Source of the DNA: Candidatus Heimdallarchaeota archaeon
GTDB taxonomy: Archaea > Asgardarchaeota > Heimdallarchaeia > Hodarchaeales > Hodarchaeaceae
Assembly: GCA_011364965.1 (NCBI GenBank)
Contig: RDOB01000002.1
Coordinates: forward strand, 416,001 to 480,000
Direction of reading: 5' to 3'
Length of the DNA: 64,000 nt
Each line of letters begins with the position of its first letter. The first letter of the stretch is position 1. Position numbers and translations under genes: made by a program. Below the pieces are notes generated by a model, which saw only the letters and a list, made by a program, of their open reading frames with translations, searched no databases and had not been told where the DNA came from. This document shows positions 40,262 through 49,138 of the stretch, piece after piece.

Positions 40262-42472
40262 GTGTTTTACATTGGTTTTGGAATAGATTTAGGAGCAATT
40301 ATTCTTATTGTAGCATTTCTAGCTTTATTATTGGATGCATTTTTTGTATTAGCCGGGAAATACCTAGAGAAGTGGGAGATTTATTCGGAAATTAGTCTGT
40401 TGATAGGAGCTTCAGCACTCCTCATTTCTTTTTTCTATTTTGCTTTTTTAATTGTAACCACAGATTTCAATTTTTATTTTGTAAGCGAATATGTGAATAG
40501 CAGAATGGATTTTTTCCTCCGATTGTCAACAATTTGGAGTAGTCAACCTGGGAGTTATTTCTTTTGGGCATTTTTAATTTCTATTATCTATTTCAGCTTT
40601 CGAATACTCTTTAGACAATTCGCACATGAAGCCATTTTTTGGCGTAGCTTCGTCTTAGCTGCCCTCCACTTAGCTTTACTTGTTTTTTTAACAATAATTA
40701 ATGATCCTTTTAAATTAAATAAGGAAGTACCTTTAGATGGACTTGGATTGAATCCTTTATTGATGAATATCTGGAATGTAATTCATCCACCAATTATTTT
40801 CATAAGTTATGCTCTTTGTTTGCTCCCTATGGTTATTGCGATCGCTAGGCTTTCCGTTCTTGAAGATGGTAAAGTACCAGAATTTGAAGGTAAAGAAAAA
40901 CTTGATGGATTCTTTGATTTCACAGTCTCGTTAGCTTGGCTTGCTTTGAGTATAGGTATTATTCTTGGGGCCTATTGGGCCTATATCACTCTTGGTTGGG
41001 GAGGATTCTGGGCTTGGGATCCTGTTGAGACTGCTTCATTAATACCTTGGCTTTTCATAACTTTTTATTTCCATGGCAAACCATTTTTCCGGAAAAAAGA
41101 TTTTCTAAGCAATTATTTAGTAAGTATGGGTTATATTGGAACCTTATTTACTACCTACTTAACACGAAGTGGTGTGGTATCAAGTGTCCATGCTTTTGTA
41201 CCTAGTGGTACTCTAGAAAAGATTCTATCTATGTTTATTCCTAAAGATTTCTTCTTAATGAGTATTATTCTCAGAATCATCCCAGACGAAAAGGTACTTT
41301 TCATCTTTGGAGGTGTAATGATAACGTTCCTTCTTCCTCTTATTCTAGGAATTAAAAATAGAGAAATTTTTAGAATCCCAATTGAGTTGAGTAAAGAGGA
41401 CTTTACAGCTTCCCGTCATCAGACAACCGCATTAAAAATATCTTTTATATCAGGTTTAATAGGTACTTATATAATCCTATTAGGATTAATAGCACCAGTG
41501 ATTTATGACCTTTTAGGTTATATAATTACTTTGAGTTCGAAGGGAATCTCTCCAAGCATTACTATAAGCCAACCTTTCTACAATACTGTAATCACCATTT
41601 TTGGCGGGGTTATGTTAATTGCTCAGTTTTTCTGTACATTTTATCCAAAGATCGCTATTAGACGAAAGTTTCAATTATTAATAGGTGGAGTTGTTGCAGG
41701 GATTTTATTTGCAATTAGTGGCATTCTATATCATAATGGTGTTCTTGCGTCAATGTTAGGGGGAAATAATCCAATTATTACCATTTTAGGTGAATTTTGG
41801 ACAACTAGTATCAAAGCTAATTTAGTATTACCTCTCATGTTTCTAGGGATAGTAGGATTAATTATAGAATTTATAAATATAATATTAAAAGATGAAAAAA
41901 ACCTTCTTCGAAAATCATCTCAAACAATGTTGCATTTATCTTTCTTAATAATTCTTGTTGGCGCATTAGTTGCTGCCAACACATCTTTTACAACAAATAT
42001 AACAGTTCAAAATGGTACAGATATGGAAATATCTGGGACAACATTGAGGATCGAAGTTATAAATCTTAGAAAAACAGTACCAGAGTCTGGTTTACATGCC
42101 ATAGATTATGATACAGAGTTCATTATCTCTTCAGGAGGTCGTGTATTGGGATATGGTATTAGTAGACTCTATGTGGATCATTTTAATCGTGTAGGGCATC
42201 AAGTGACAATAATTAGTAGTTTTCTTAGTGACATTTACATCATAACAATGAATGTTGCAGAGAATCCCATATATGGGACGTTCGATTTTTCTGCTCTTCA
42301 GATAAAAATTATTCCATATGTAAATTTACTTTGGATTGGGTGTTTCTTGCTTATCTTTGCGATTTTTCCTTTAACAATTGGCAAGTTTCTTTCCCTGAAG
42401 GAGATTTTCAAAATTGAGGAAGAAATAACCGATGAGACTTTAAATAAAGGTGATAAGGATGATCAAAACTAG
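40262..42472 (+). CDS. ccmF: Cytochrome c biogenesis heme lyase CcmF
   Basis: GLGLNPLL, IHPP, WAYITLGWGGFWAWDPVETASLIPWL, TRSGVVSSVHAF. Confidence 0.95.
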   Translation: MFYIGFGIDLGAIILIVAFLALLLDAFFVLAGKYLEKWEIYSEISLLIGASALLISFFYFAFLIVTTDFNFYFVSEYVNSRMDFFLRLSTIWSSQPGSYFFWAFLISIIYFSFRILFRQFAHEAIFWRSFVLAALHLALLVFLTIINDPFKLNKEVPLDGLGLNPLLMNIWNVIHPPIIFISYALCLLPMVIAIARLSVLEDGKVPEFEGKEKLDGFFDFTVSLAWLALSIGIILGAYWAYITLGWGGFWAWDPVETASLIPWLFITFYFHGKPFFRKKDFLSNYLVSMGYIGTLFTTYLTRSGVVSSVHAFVPSGTLEKILSMFIPKDFFLMSIILRIIPDEKVLFIFGGVMITFLLPLILGIKNREIFRIPIELSKEDFTASRHQTTALKISFISGLIGTYIILLGLIAPVIYDLLGYIITLSSKGISPSITISQPFYNTVITIFGGVMLIAQFFCTFYPKIAIRRKFQLLIGGVVAGILFAISGILYHNGVLASMLGGNNPIITILGEFWTTSIKANLVLPLMFLGIVGLIIEFINIILKDEKNLLRKSSQTMLHLSFLIILVGALVAANTSFTTNITVQNGTDMEISGTTLRIEVINLRKTVPESGLHAIDYDTEFIISSGGRVLGYGISRLYVDHFNRVGHQVTIISSFLSDIYIITMNVAENPIYGTFDFSALQIKIIPYVNLLWIGCFLLIFAIFPLTIGKFLSLKEIFKIEEEITDETLNKGDKDDQN

Positions 42473-42881
42473 AAATTTGCTTATCTCTGGATTGATTATT
42501 TCTGTATGTGTATTCGCATTATTTTTTCTGTTATTCAATACTTCTATCCCAATATTTACTGTGAAAGAGTTAATAGACCATCCTAGACCTGAATCATTAT
42601 TAAATCATAAAATTCAATTAATAGGTATTGTGGGAACAATAGATACTTCAGGATTTTTACTATACGATCCTGAAGATCAAACTAATGCAACTTTGATTAT
42701 TTACATTGAAGCTATAAATGTTACTAAACCCGGAGGATTCGTGATCGGAAAAACCATTCTTGTTGAAGGACAACTAACATCTATTTCTGGGGTATGGACT
42801 TTAAAGGCCTCTATGATCAGTACTAAATGTCCCTCAAAATATGATGGAGGAGCTGAAATAGGAGAAGAAATTGATGGCTAG
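42459..42881 (+). CDS. ccmE: Heme chaperone CcmE, CxxxY (System I*) type
   Basis: N-terminal TM, OB-fold, ILVEG, TKCPSKY. Confidence 0.92.
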   Translation: MIKTRNLLISGLIISVCVFALFFLLFNTSIPIFTVKELIDHPRPESLLNHKIQLIGIVGTIDTSGFLLYDPEDQTNATLIIYIEAINVTKPGGFVIGKTILVEGQLTSISGVWTLKASMISTKCPSKYDGGAEIGEEIDG

Positions 42882-43554
42882 TAGATTAAAAGAAAATCCA
42901 TTTTGGATATTTTTGCTTTTTCTATCGTGTTTAATGATTATAAACTTCTTTTTAGTATATATCTCGATAAAATCATTTCAAGGATTTACTGTATCAGGAC
43001 GTCCAATCTTTTACATGGTTTCTTTTGCTTTTTCTACATATGTTTGTTTTGGAATTGTATTATTAAGTAGCATTCTTTATTTGTGGAAAAAAAGTTTTCT
43101 TTTTGATCTTTTAGTTGTTGCTGGAGCACAAGTGGGTGTAGTTACGGGAGCTATAACAATTTTAGTAGGAATGATTTGGTCATATGTCGAATGGGGGTAC
43201 TTCTGGCAATGGGAGCCAAGACAAACAACAACGTTAATAATGTGGATGGCTTATATAGGATTACTTATATTTCGTGAGATGCTTGATGAAAATTATCCTG
43301 AAAAACGAGGGACATTAACATCAATATTTGGAATTGTAAGCTTTCCATCTGTACCTTTATCAAACTACGTGGTTGGTGCTTTACACCCTCCTCCACAACA
43401 AACAACATTAGAAGAAGGATTAGGAATGCTTTTAATGTTGAATTTTCTTTTAATTGGTGCAATTTGCGTATTACTGGTATATCTAACCTATAGGACAAAT
43501 GAAATAGACTTTAAACTTAAAAAAATTCGAAAAATAAAAATGGAGGCGTTTTAA
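42874..43554 (+). CDS. ccmC: Heme exporter CcmC
   Basis: WWD domain GMIWSYVEWGYFWQWEPRQTT; GALHPP. Confidence 0.9.
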   Translation: MASRLKENPFWIFLLFLSCLMIINFFLVYISIKSFQGFTVSGRPIFYMVSFAFSTYVCFGIVLLSSILYLWKKSFLFDLLVVAGAQVGVVTGAITILVGMIWSYVEWGYFWQWEPRQTTTLIMWMAYIGLLIFREMLDENYPEKRGTLTSIFGIVSFPSVPLSNYVVGALHPPPQQTTLEEGLGMLLMLNFLLIGAICVLLVYLTYRTNEIDFKLKKIRKIKMEAF

Positions 43555-43586
43555 TAATTTTTTTTAAATAGCAAGGAGTTGTTATT

Positions 43587-43742
43587 ATGGCAAATTTCAT
43601 TGATGAACTATTAGGATCTGAATTAAACTTGATGTTTTTTATCTCAATAACTGTTTGGATAATATTATTTTTATATCTATATTATATACACAATAAGTTA
43701 GGATCACTGAAAAAAGAATTAAGCAGTTTGAAAGATGATTGA
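43587..43742 (+). CDS. ccmD: CcmD-like single-TM small protein, 51 aa, absent from the ORF track
   Basis: MANFIDELLGSELNLMFFISITVWIILFLYLYYIHNKLGSLKKELSSLKDD: TM containing W and Y then a charged helix; AAGGAG RBS; lies between ccmC and ccmA. Confidence 0.78.
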   Translation: MANFIDELLGSELNLMFFISITVWIILFLYLYYIHNKLGSLKKELSSLKDD

Positions 43743-43823
43743 TAGAGGAATTTTAAGTTATTTATTAACATATAGTATTTAATTAACTATTTACTGAGAA
43801 CACAGAGGAGATGATTATAAACT

Positions 43824-44525
43824 TTGAATACTCCTCCCAGACCTGTCGTTAGACTCACTAATATTTCGAAAACATATGGTTTCGTTCAAGCCTTGAAAAA
43901 TATAAACTTAGATATCAATCAAGGGGAAATTGTAGGTTTGGTGGGAAATAATGGAGCTGGGAAGAGCACACTTCTGAAAATAATTGCTCTACTAGTAAAA
44001 CCCGCAGAAGGAATAATTGAGCTTTTTAATAGGCAAGTTGATGACGAGATTCACTCTTTCAAGAAGAATTTAGGGATCCTGTTAAATTCTCCTTTTTTTT
44101 ATGAGGATTTAACTGGTCGTGAAAATTTTCATTTTTTCCTGCGAATGAAAAAACAAGTAAAGCATCCCCAAAAAGTAGTTCAGGATATTATTGATCAATA
44201 TGGATTGAAATTATTCATAGACCGTCCTTATTACGAGTTATCAACTGGGATGATGAAAAAATTGGAGATTTTAAGAACTATATCCCCAGATTTTCCTTTA
44301 CTACTTCTTTTAGATGAACCCTTTAGCGGATTAGATACTGAAAATAAGAAATTCCTCTCAAATTTAATTACCAATAAAGGATCAAAAAATACTGTGATTC
44401 TTTGTTCACATGATTTTAACATCGTAAATAACCTTTGTAGTAAAATTGTATTACTTGAAAGAGGGAAAATTAAGAAAATTTTCATGCCAACAGAATATAA
44501 TCACCTTCTAGCTCATTTTACTTAA
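43824..44525 (+). CDS. ccmA: Heme exporter ATPase CcmA
   Basis: GNNGAGKST, YEDLTGRENF, LSTGMMKK, LLLLDEPF; adjacent to ccmB. Confidence 0.88.
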   Translation: MNTPPRPVVRLTNISKTYGFVQALKNINLDINQGEIVGLVGNNGAGKSTLLKIIALLVKPAEGIIELFNRQVDDEIHSFKKNLGILLNSPFFYEDLTGRENFHFFLRMKKQVKHPQKVVQDIIDQYGLKLFIDRPYYELSTGMMKKLEILRTISPDFPLLLLLDEPFSGLDTENKKFLSNLITNKGSKNTVILCSHDFNIVNNLCSKIVLLERGKIKKIFMPTEYNHLLAHFT

Positions 44526-44546
44526 TTTTGAGAGGGAAAAACGAAT

Positions 44547-45227
44547 ATGATAAGTGATATATTGATTTTAGTCCGAAAAGATGTGTTATTAGAATTTAGA
44601 AAAAGAGAAACCATTTATTCGATGGGTTTATTTACCTTTTCTTCAATCCTAATTTTTTCTGCTTTATTAAATTTTATAGATGCTCCTTTAGAAACAAAAA
44701 ATGGAATATCCATTACTTGTCTATTATTTATTATAACTTTCTCTGTGATGCTTGGACTTACTTCAATATTCTCTCGCGAAATTAAGAATAATTCGATTTA
44801 TCGTCTCCTTTCATTATCTATTAAACCTCAAGTAATATTTTTGTCGAAATTTGTATATTTATTTTTAATGACAGGTTTTATTGAGATCTTTGCTTTTATT
44901 TTAGCAATTATATTTTTAAAAATAGACTTTCAAGTTAATATTTTAGTATATTTCATTTTTCTGACGATAGGTACCTTAGATCTAACTATTGCAGGATGTA
45001 TTGTAGCTTTTTTGACATTATATGCTAAATCAAAATCATTAGCTGTTCCTATCTTATTCTTTCCTTTGGTCCTTCCATCAGTTCTTATTGAAACACAGGT
45101 TTCGTTGAATATGGTTTTAATGAATGATATAAATTATATGATAACAAATTTATTGATTCTTTTTTTTCATGGAGTAATAATACTTGCTTTCGTATTACTG
45201 GTAGCTGAAGAGCTTATTCAAGACTAA
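44547..45227 (+). CDS. ccmB: Heme exporter permease CcmB
   Basis: KDVLLEFR, FSRE, IFLSK, PILFFPLVLP. Confidence 0.9.
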   Translation: MISDILILVRKDVLLEFRKRETIYSMGLFTFSSILIFSALLNFIDAPLETKNGISITCLLFIITFSVMLGLTSIFSREIKNNSIYRLLSLSIKPQVIFLSKFVYLFLMTGFIEIFAFILAIIFLKIDFQVNILVYFIFLTIGTLDLTIAGCIVAFLTLYAKSKSLAVPILFFPLVLPSVLIETQVSLNMVLMNDINYMITNLLILFFHGVIILAFVLLVAEELIQD

Positions 45228-45318
45228 ATATATCTAAATTACTAAATAAGTATTTATTATTTCAATTGATACTATATTAATGGAAAAAAGGAAAAAAGAA
45301 AATTAGGAGAGTTCTGAA

Positions 45319-46260
45319 TTACTTTCTAAGGTTAGATCTTTGATTTTTACGTAGTCGTTTTTGGTAGAGACATAACGTTATAGTTAACGTTATCAGAAAA
45401 GTCGATAATAAAAATCCAGGTGTTCGACGGGCAGGAGGAGAAGAAGTGGTGGTTGTACTGGTCGGCGCAATACTAACTTCGCTAGAATTTGAAGTGGCCG
45501 TAAACCTATAGAAAACATTAGCCCAGGATCCAGCGTCATTTTCAGCGTAGAGTCTTAGATCATGGATCGAATCATCAGCAGGAAGAGTGATATCATAGGG
45601 AGCATCAAGAGTCTCATTAACTAGTGCATTATCCCAATTATACAATACTTGAGATATAAGTGCATTAGGATCTTCAATTGAGAAATCGATTGTCGATCCA
45701 CCGAGGATGATTGAATTATTTGTAGGATAATTAAGTGTGACAATAGGTGGTGGGATACCTACTCTAAAGATAAATACTCCTGAAACCCAATTGTTTGAAT
45801 AATCTTCTGCATAAAGGTATAAAGTATGTAAACCATTAGTTTCTGGTAATGTAAATTCATAGATATCGATCTCACTTTTCAGGTCGTGGACTTCAAGACT
45901 GCTGTTAGACGAGGCTGTATCCCATGAATAAAGAATTTGTAACATTTCATACATAAAATTGTCATCAGTAATCTTTATGGAGATAATTGTTCCTCCAAGA
46001 TTAATTGAGTATTGTTCAGGGGAGATTAGTGTTAATAGAGGAGGGGTAGAATCCGTATGATCGCAACAAGCATCTTCAACTCTATATTCATATAGAATTA
46101 TTACTTCTGAATTGTGAATATTATTCATATTCTCTTTTGCATCATTATGATTCGCTTTCAGTAATAAAGTTGTATTTGTTAAAAATATGCTACCAACCAA
46201 AAATATGGAAAAAAGAATTATTGAGATTAAAAGAGATGTTCGGGTAATTTTTTGTAACAA
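45319..46260 (-). CDS. Surface protein with two Ig-like domains, a CCDH motif and a PGF-CTERM-like anchor
   Basis: Signal peptide; duplicated PPxxTLxxP...YxWD...HxLxLYAExxxxxW domains; STTTTSS linker, TPGF, TM, basic tail. Confidence 0.8.
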   Translation of the reverse strand: MLQKITRTSLLISIILFSIFLVGSIFLTNTTLLLKANHNDAKENMNNIHNSEVIILYEYRVEDACCDHTDSTPPLLTLISPEQYSINLGGTIISIKITDDNFMYEMLQILYSWDTASSNSSLEVHDLKSEIDIYEFTLPETNGLHTLYLYAEDYSNNWVSGVFIFRVGIPPPIVTLNYPTNNSIILGGSTIDFSIEDPNALISQVLYNWDNALVNETLDAPYDITLPADDSIHDLRLYAENDAGSWANVFYRFTATSNSSEVSIAPTSTTTTSSPPARRTPGFLLSTFLITLTITLCLYQKRLRKNQRSNLRK

Positions 46261-46569
46261 ATCTTGCTCACCTTTTTCGGAATTCTTAGAATAGATAGTA
46301 AAATTCTATTGAATTGAAAAATATTCTTTATATATACATTTGGGTGTCCAAGAATAGAGTAAGAATTTTAATAGCAAGTAATAAAAAAGTAAGGATTTTT
46401 TGTTTAGCAATTAATAGGATATTTTTTTATTAAATACAAAAATACTGGCGTATAACTATCATTAGGAAAAAACTATAACATAAGGAGATTTAGTCTCCTT
46501 AGAGCCTAGATAAGCATAATTGATCTAAGTTTTAAAGGTAAGATATATTTTTAATTCTTCTTCTATTAC

Positions 46570-46585
46570 CTTACTTTTTAGTTAG
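46570..46585. promoter_or_regulatory. Degenerate GTTAC-N6-GTAAC-like box upstream of the heme O synthase operon
   Basis: CTTACTTTTTAGTTAG, 12/16 identical to the 36030 box, ~36 nt upstream of AAATATATATAAAA. Confidence 0.4.
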
Positions 46586-46756
46586 TTGCTTCCTAAATAG
46601 ATATTTAACTCCAGATCAACCAAATATATATAAAACATTCATACCTGATGTTGTAGCATTCTTCTTAGAAAAAATTTACGAAATTAATATTAAATAAACG
46701 AGTAAAAAAGAAACCTGAGCTTTTTGATATATAATATAACTAAAGGATGGTTTAGT

Positions 46757-47488
46757 ATGAATTTCATAGGTGGATTTAAAAAAAGTAAGATCAGTATAAA
46801 AATTCTATATATTTTAATCGGTGCTGCTATAGCAATTGGTATTGTAAGCGGAATTGGAAGTACCTGTACTACATTCGATCCTATTTGGTGGAGAAATCCA
46901 TCATTTTCAATTATTGGAGATTTACAAATTATCTTCATTATAGCTTATATTGCCACTTGGTTTACAGCAATTTTATGGATAGTTTTAATTTGGGCTTTAT
47001 CAGGTGGGAAAGATTGGTTTTACAAGATAGCTCTCTCAAATAGCGTTATTGGAATCTTGGGCGGCGCAATTCCTGTGGGAATCCTATTATACGAATATTG
47101 GGCAAGTTATGGCAATTCTGGCATGAGATTTACTCCTTCATGGTTTCGAACTATAATAAATTTGGTTTTATTTATTGTCCTTGTGATTCCAAAAATACGA
47201 ACTGAAATCCAAAATACCATCAAAAGTAATAGTTCAGCTATAGGAGGTTCTTCAGATTTAGGAACAGGATTAGCCCAATTGGCGTTTATTTTATTTGGTT
47301 TTGGAGTTGTTATGATACTACAGCCATTCATCATGCCTGCAACACATATCATTGATGGAGTAAACGTAGGATATGACTTTGAAGCGCTTCAATTCTATTG
47401 TGGTTTATTTTCTATTGTCCTTGGATTAATAACCCGGATCTCAGAACGCATTTATTCAAAAATTCAGTCTAGCAGAGTTATCTACTAA
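46757..47488 (+). CDS. Hypothetical 6-TM membrane protein
   Basis: Six hydrophobic segments; GIGSTC and PATH..GVN loop motifs; 15 nt upstream of the next gene. Confidence 0.75.
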   Translation: MNFIGGFKKSKISIKILYILIGAAIAIGIVSGIGSTCTTFDPIWWRNPSFSIIGDLQIIFIIAYIATWFTAILWIVLIWALSGGKDWFYKIALSNSVIGILGGAIPVGILLYEYWASYGNSGMRFTPSWFRTIINLVLFIVLVIPKIRTEIQNTIKSNSSAIGGSSDLGTGLAQLAFILFGFGVVMILQPFIMPATHIIDGVNVGYDFEALQFYCGLFSIVLGLITRISERIYSKIQSSRVIY

Positions 47489-47503
47489 ATAAGAGGTATA
47501 ATT

Positions 47504-49138
47504 ATGAATTCAATCGAGATGAATGTAACTAAAGATGGTAAATGGAATTGGTTGAAATATAAGCTATTCTATGGCGGAACTTTCAAAGGAATGATCACCT
47601 TCACTATTGTATATTTATTTGTGATCACCCTCTTTCTTTCAACTTTTTCTAAACCAGTCGTGGACCTTCTTGGAGCACCATTACTACCATTTTACTTTAG
47701 TGGCTCTACTGAAGATTTAATGGCGTTTTCTGCCCGTGTTGTGCTATTGTATCATGCAATAACGGTGCCTTTCCTTGCAATTTGTACATACTTTGTATTA
47801 GAGTACTGCGATGTCCGAGAAAAATTAAAATCCCGAATTAAATGGCCATTATTTTTCGGAAGTCTTTTAGCATCAGGAGCTGGAATGTTATATGCTTACT
47901 TTTTCACTGAAGCTTGGATAATACACGGTTTATACCTAGTAGGATTATCACTCTGTTTTTATGCAGGTGTTATCCTCCTTATTGCTGTCTTTCCGTCCAA
48001 AAATTTTCCTAAGAATTGGACTAAACAAGAAAATAAAAATAATATTTTATTTGAGCAATTAGCTTTAGTAACGATAACTATTTGTATCTTAGTGACAGTA
48101 TTTCTTGGAGCAGCAATCGGAGCTTATTTTGGCGTTGATGAGATGTCTGCATTCTTAGCAGAATATTTCCTTCGAGATCCTATAACAGAGCTTCCTTATC
48201 CCTATTTGGTCGCAGATCTCTTTGTAGATGGGATTAAAGGCCACTTACATGCAATGTTGGGTCAAATCGATGTTGTCATCCTCCTTGTGGTATTCAGATA
48301 TACAATGGGTGATATGCCTAAAGGAAAATGGCATCTGCTAGCTATGATTCTAGCGATTCCTGGGGCTTTTTTTATGTCATTGGGTTGTTGGTTTGTTACC
48401 TTCAAATCTGTCGTTCCAATAGTCACATTTGGAATTTTACAGGAATGGCCATTTGATATGCACTACTTAATCTATGTCGGAGCAGCAATTCTCGTCACTG
48501 TAGGCGCGATGTTGGCCCTTATGGGTTGGAATAAAATCGCTAGGAAAGAACTGGGTGATGCTTATGAATCAGCTACTTGGGGTACCCGTATAAAAGTAAT
48601 ATTCAAAGATCCTGTTAAATTTACTCTCTATTTCCTATTCTTATGGGTAAATATCGTGATGACATTTAGTGGTATCTTCCTAGCATTAAGTCTATATGAT
48701 GAATCTGTGCTAGCTAGAGTTCTTCCATTTTTGTCGTTCCGATCGGGTCCTCTTGCAGTTGAAACTACTGTTGCTCGTGGTCACTGGCACATTTTAGGAG
48801 CTTTATCAGCTGTTATATTATTCTTACTCTTCGTTGATATTCTTCGTATAGAAGGTAAGACACGTAAGGTAATGGGATGGCTAATGCTGGCAGGAAGTAT
48901 TTTCGCTTTCCTTTCTGGAATGCTTTATCTCTATGTTCCCCACCTTGATCAGAATTGGGCAAATAATCACGAGTTGTACGTTGACGTGCAGGAATTCTGG
49001 CAAGTGAATGCTCCATGGCTACCCCTCCTTTTAGATTTTGGAATACTTCTTATTGGCATAGCACTTGTCATCTTCTGCTTCTATGAATTGATTCAAATCA
49101 TCAACGGAAGACGAGATATCCATGCATTTCCCGAATGA
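47504..49138 (+). CDS. 12-TM His-rich membrane protein, heme-copper oxidase subunit I-like fold without CuB ligands
   Basis: TM2 LLYHAI, TM4 IIHGL, TM6 KGHLHAM, TM8 DMHYL, TM10 RGHWHIL; three 4-TM units; no HPEVY or HH motif. Confidence 0.7.
   Translation: MNSIEMNVTKDGKWNWLKYKLFYGGTFKGMITFTIVYLFVITLFLSTFSKPVVDLLGAPLLPFYFSGSTEDLMAFSARVVLLYHAITVPFLAICTYFVLEYCDVREKLKSRIKWPLFFGSLLASGAGMLYAYFFTEAWIIHGLYLVGLSLCFYAGVILLIAVFPSKNFPKNWTKQENKNNILFEQLALVTITICILVTVFLGAAIGAYFGVDEMSAFLAEYFLRDPITELPYPYLVADLFVDGIKGHLHAMLGQIDVVILLVVFRYTMGDMPKGKWHLLAMILAIPGAFFMSLGCWFVTFKSVVPIVTFGILQEWPFDMHYLIYVGAAILVTVGAMLALMGWNKIARKELGDAYESATWGTRIKVIFKDPVKFTLYFLFLWVNIVMTFSGIFLALSLYDESVLARVLPFLSFRSGPLAVETTVARGHWHILGALSAVILFLLFVDILRIEGKTRKVMGWLMLAGSIFAFLSGMLYLYVPHLDQNWANNHELYVDVQEFWQVNAPWLPLLLDFGILLIGIALVIFCFYELIQIINGRRDIHAFPE

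Noticed and set aside
47504-49138. Canonical cytochrome c oxidase or NO reductase subunit I
   Set aside because: Lacks HPEVY/HLWVE and the adjacent HH metal ligands; no subunit II nearby
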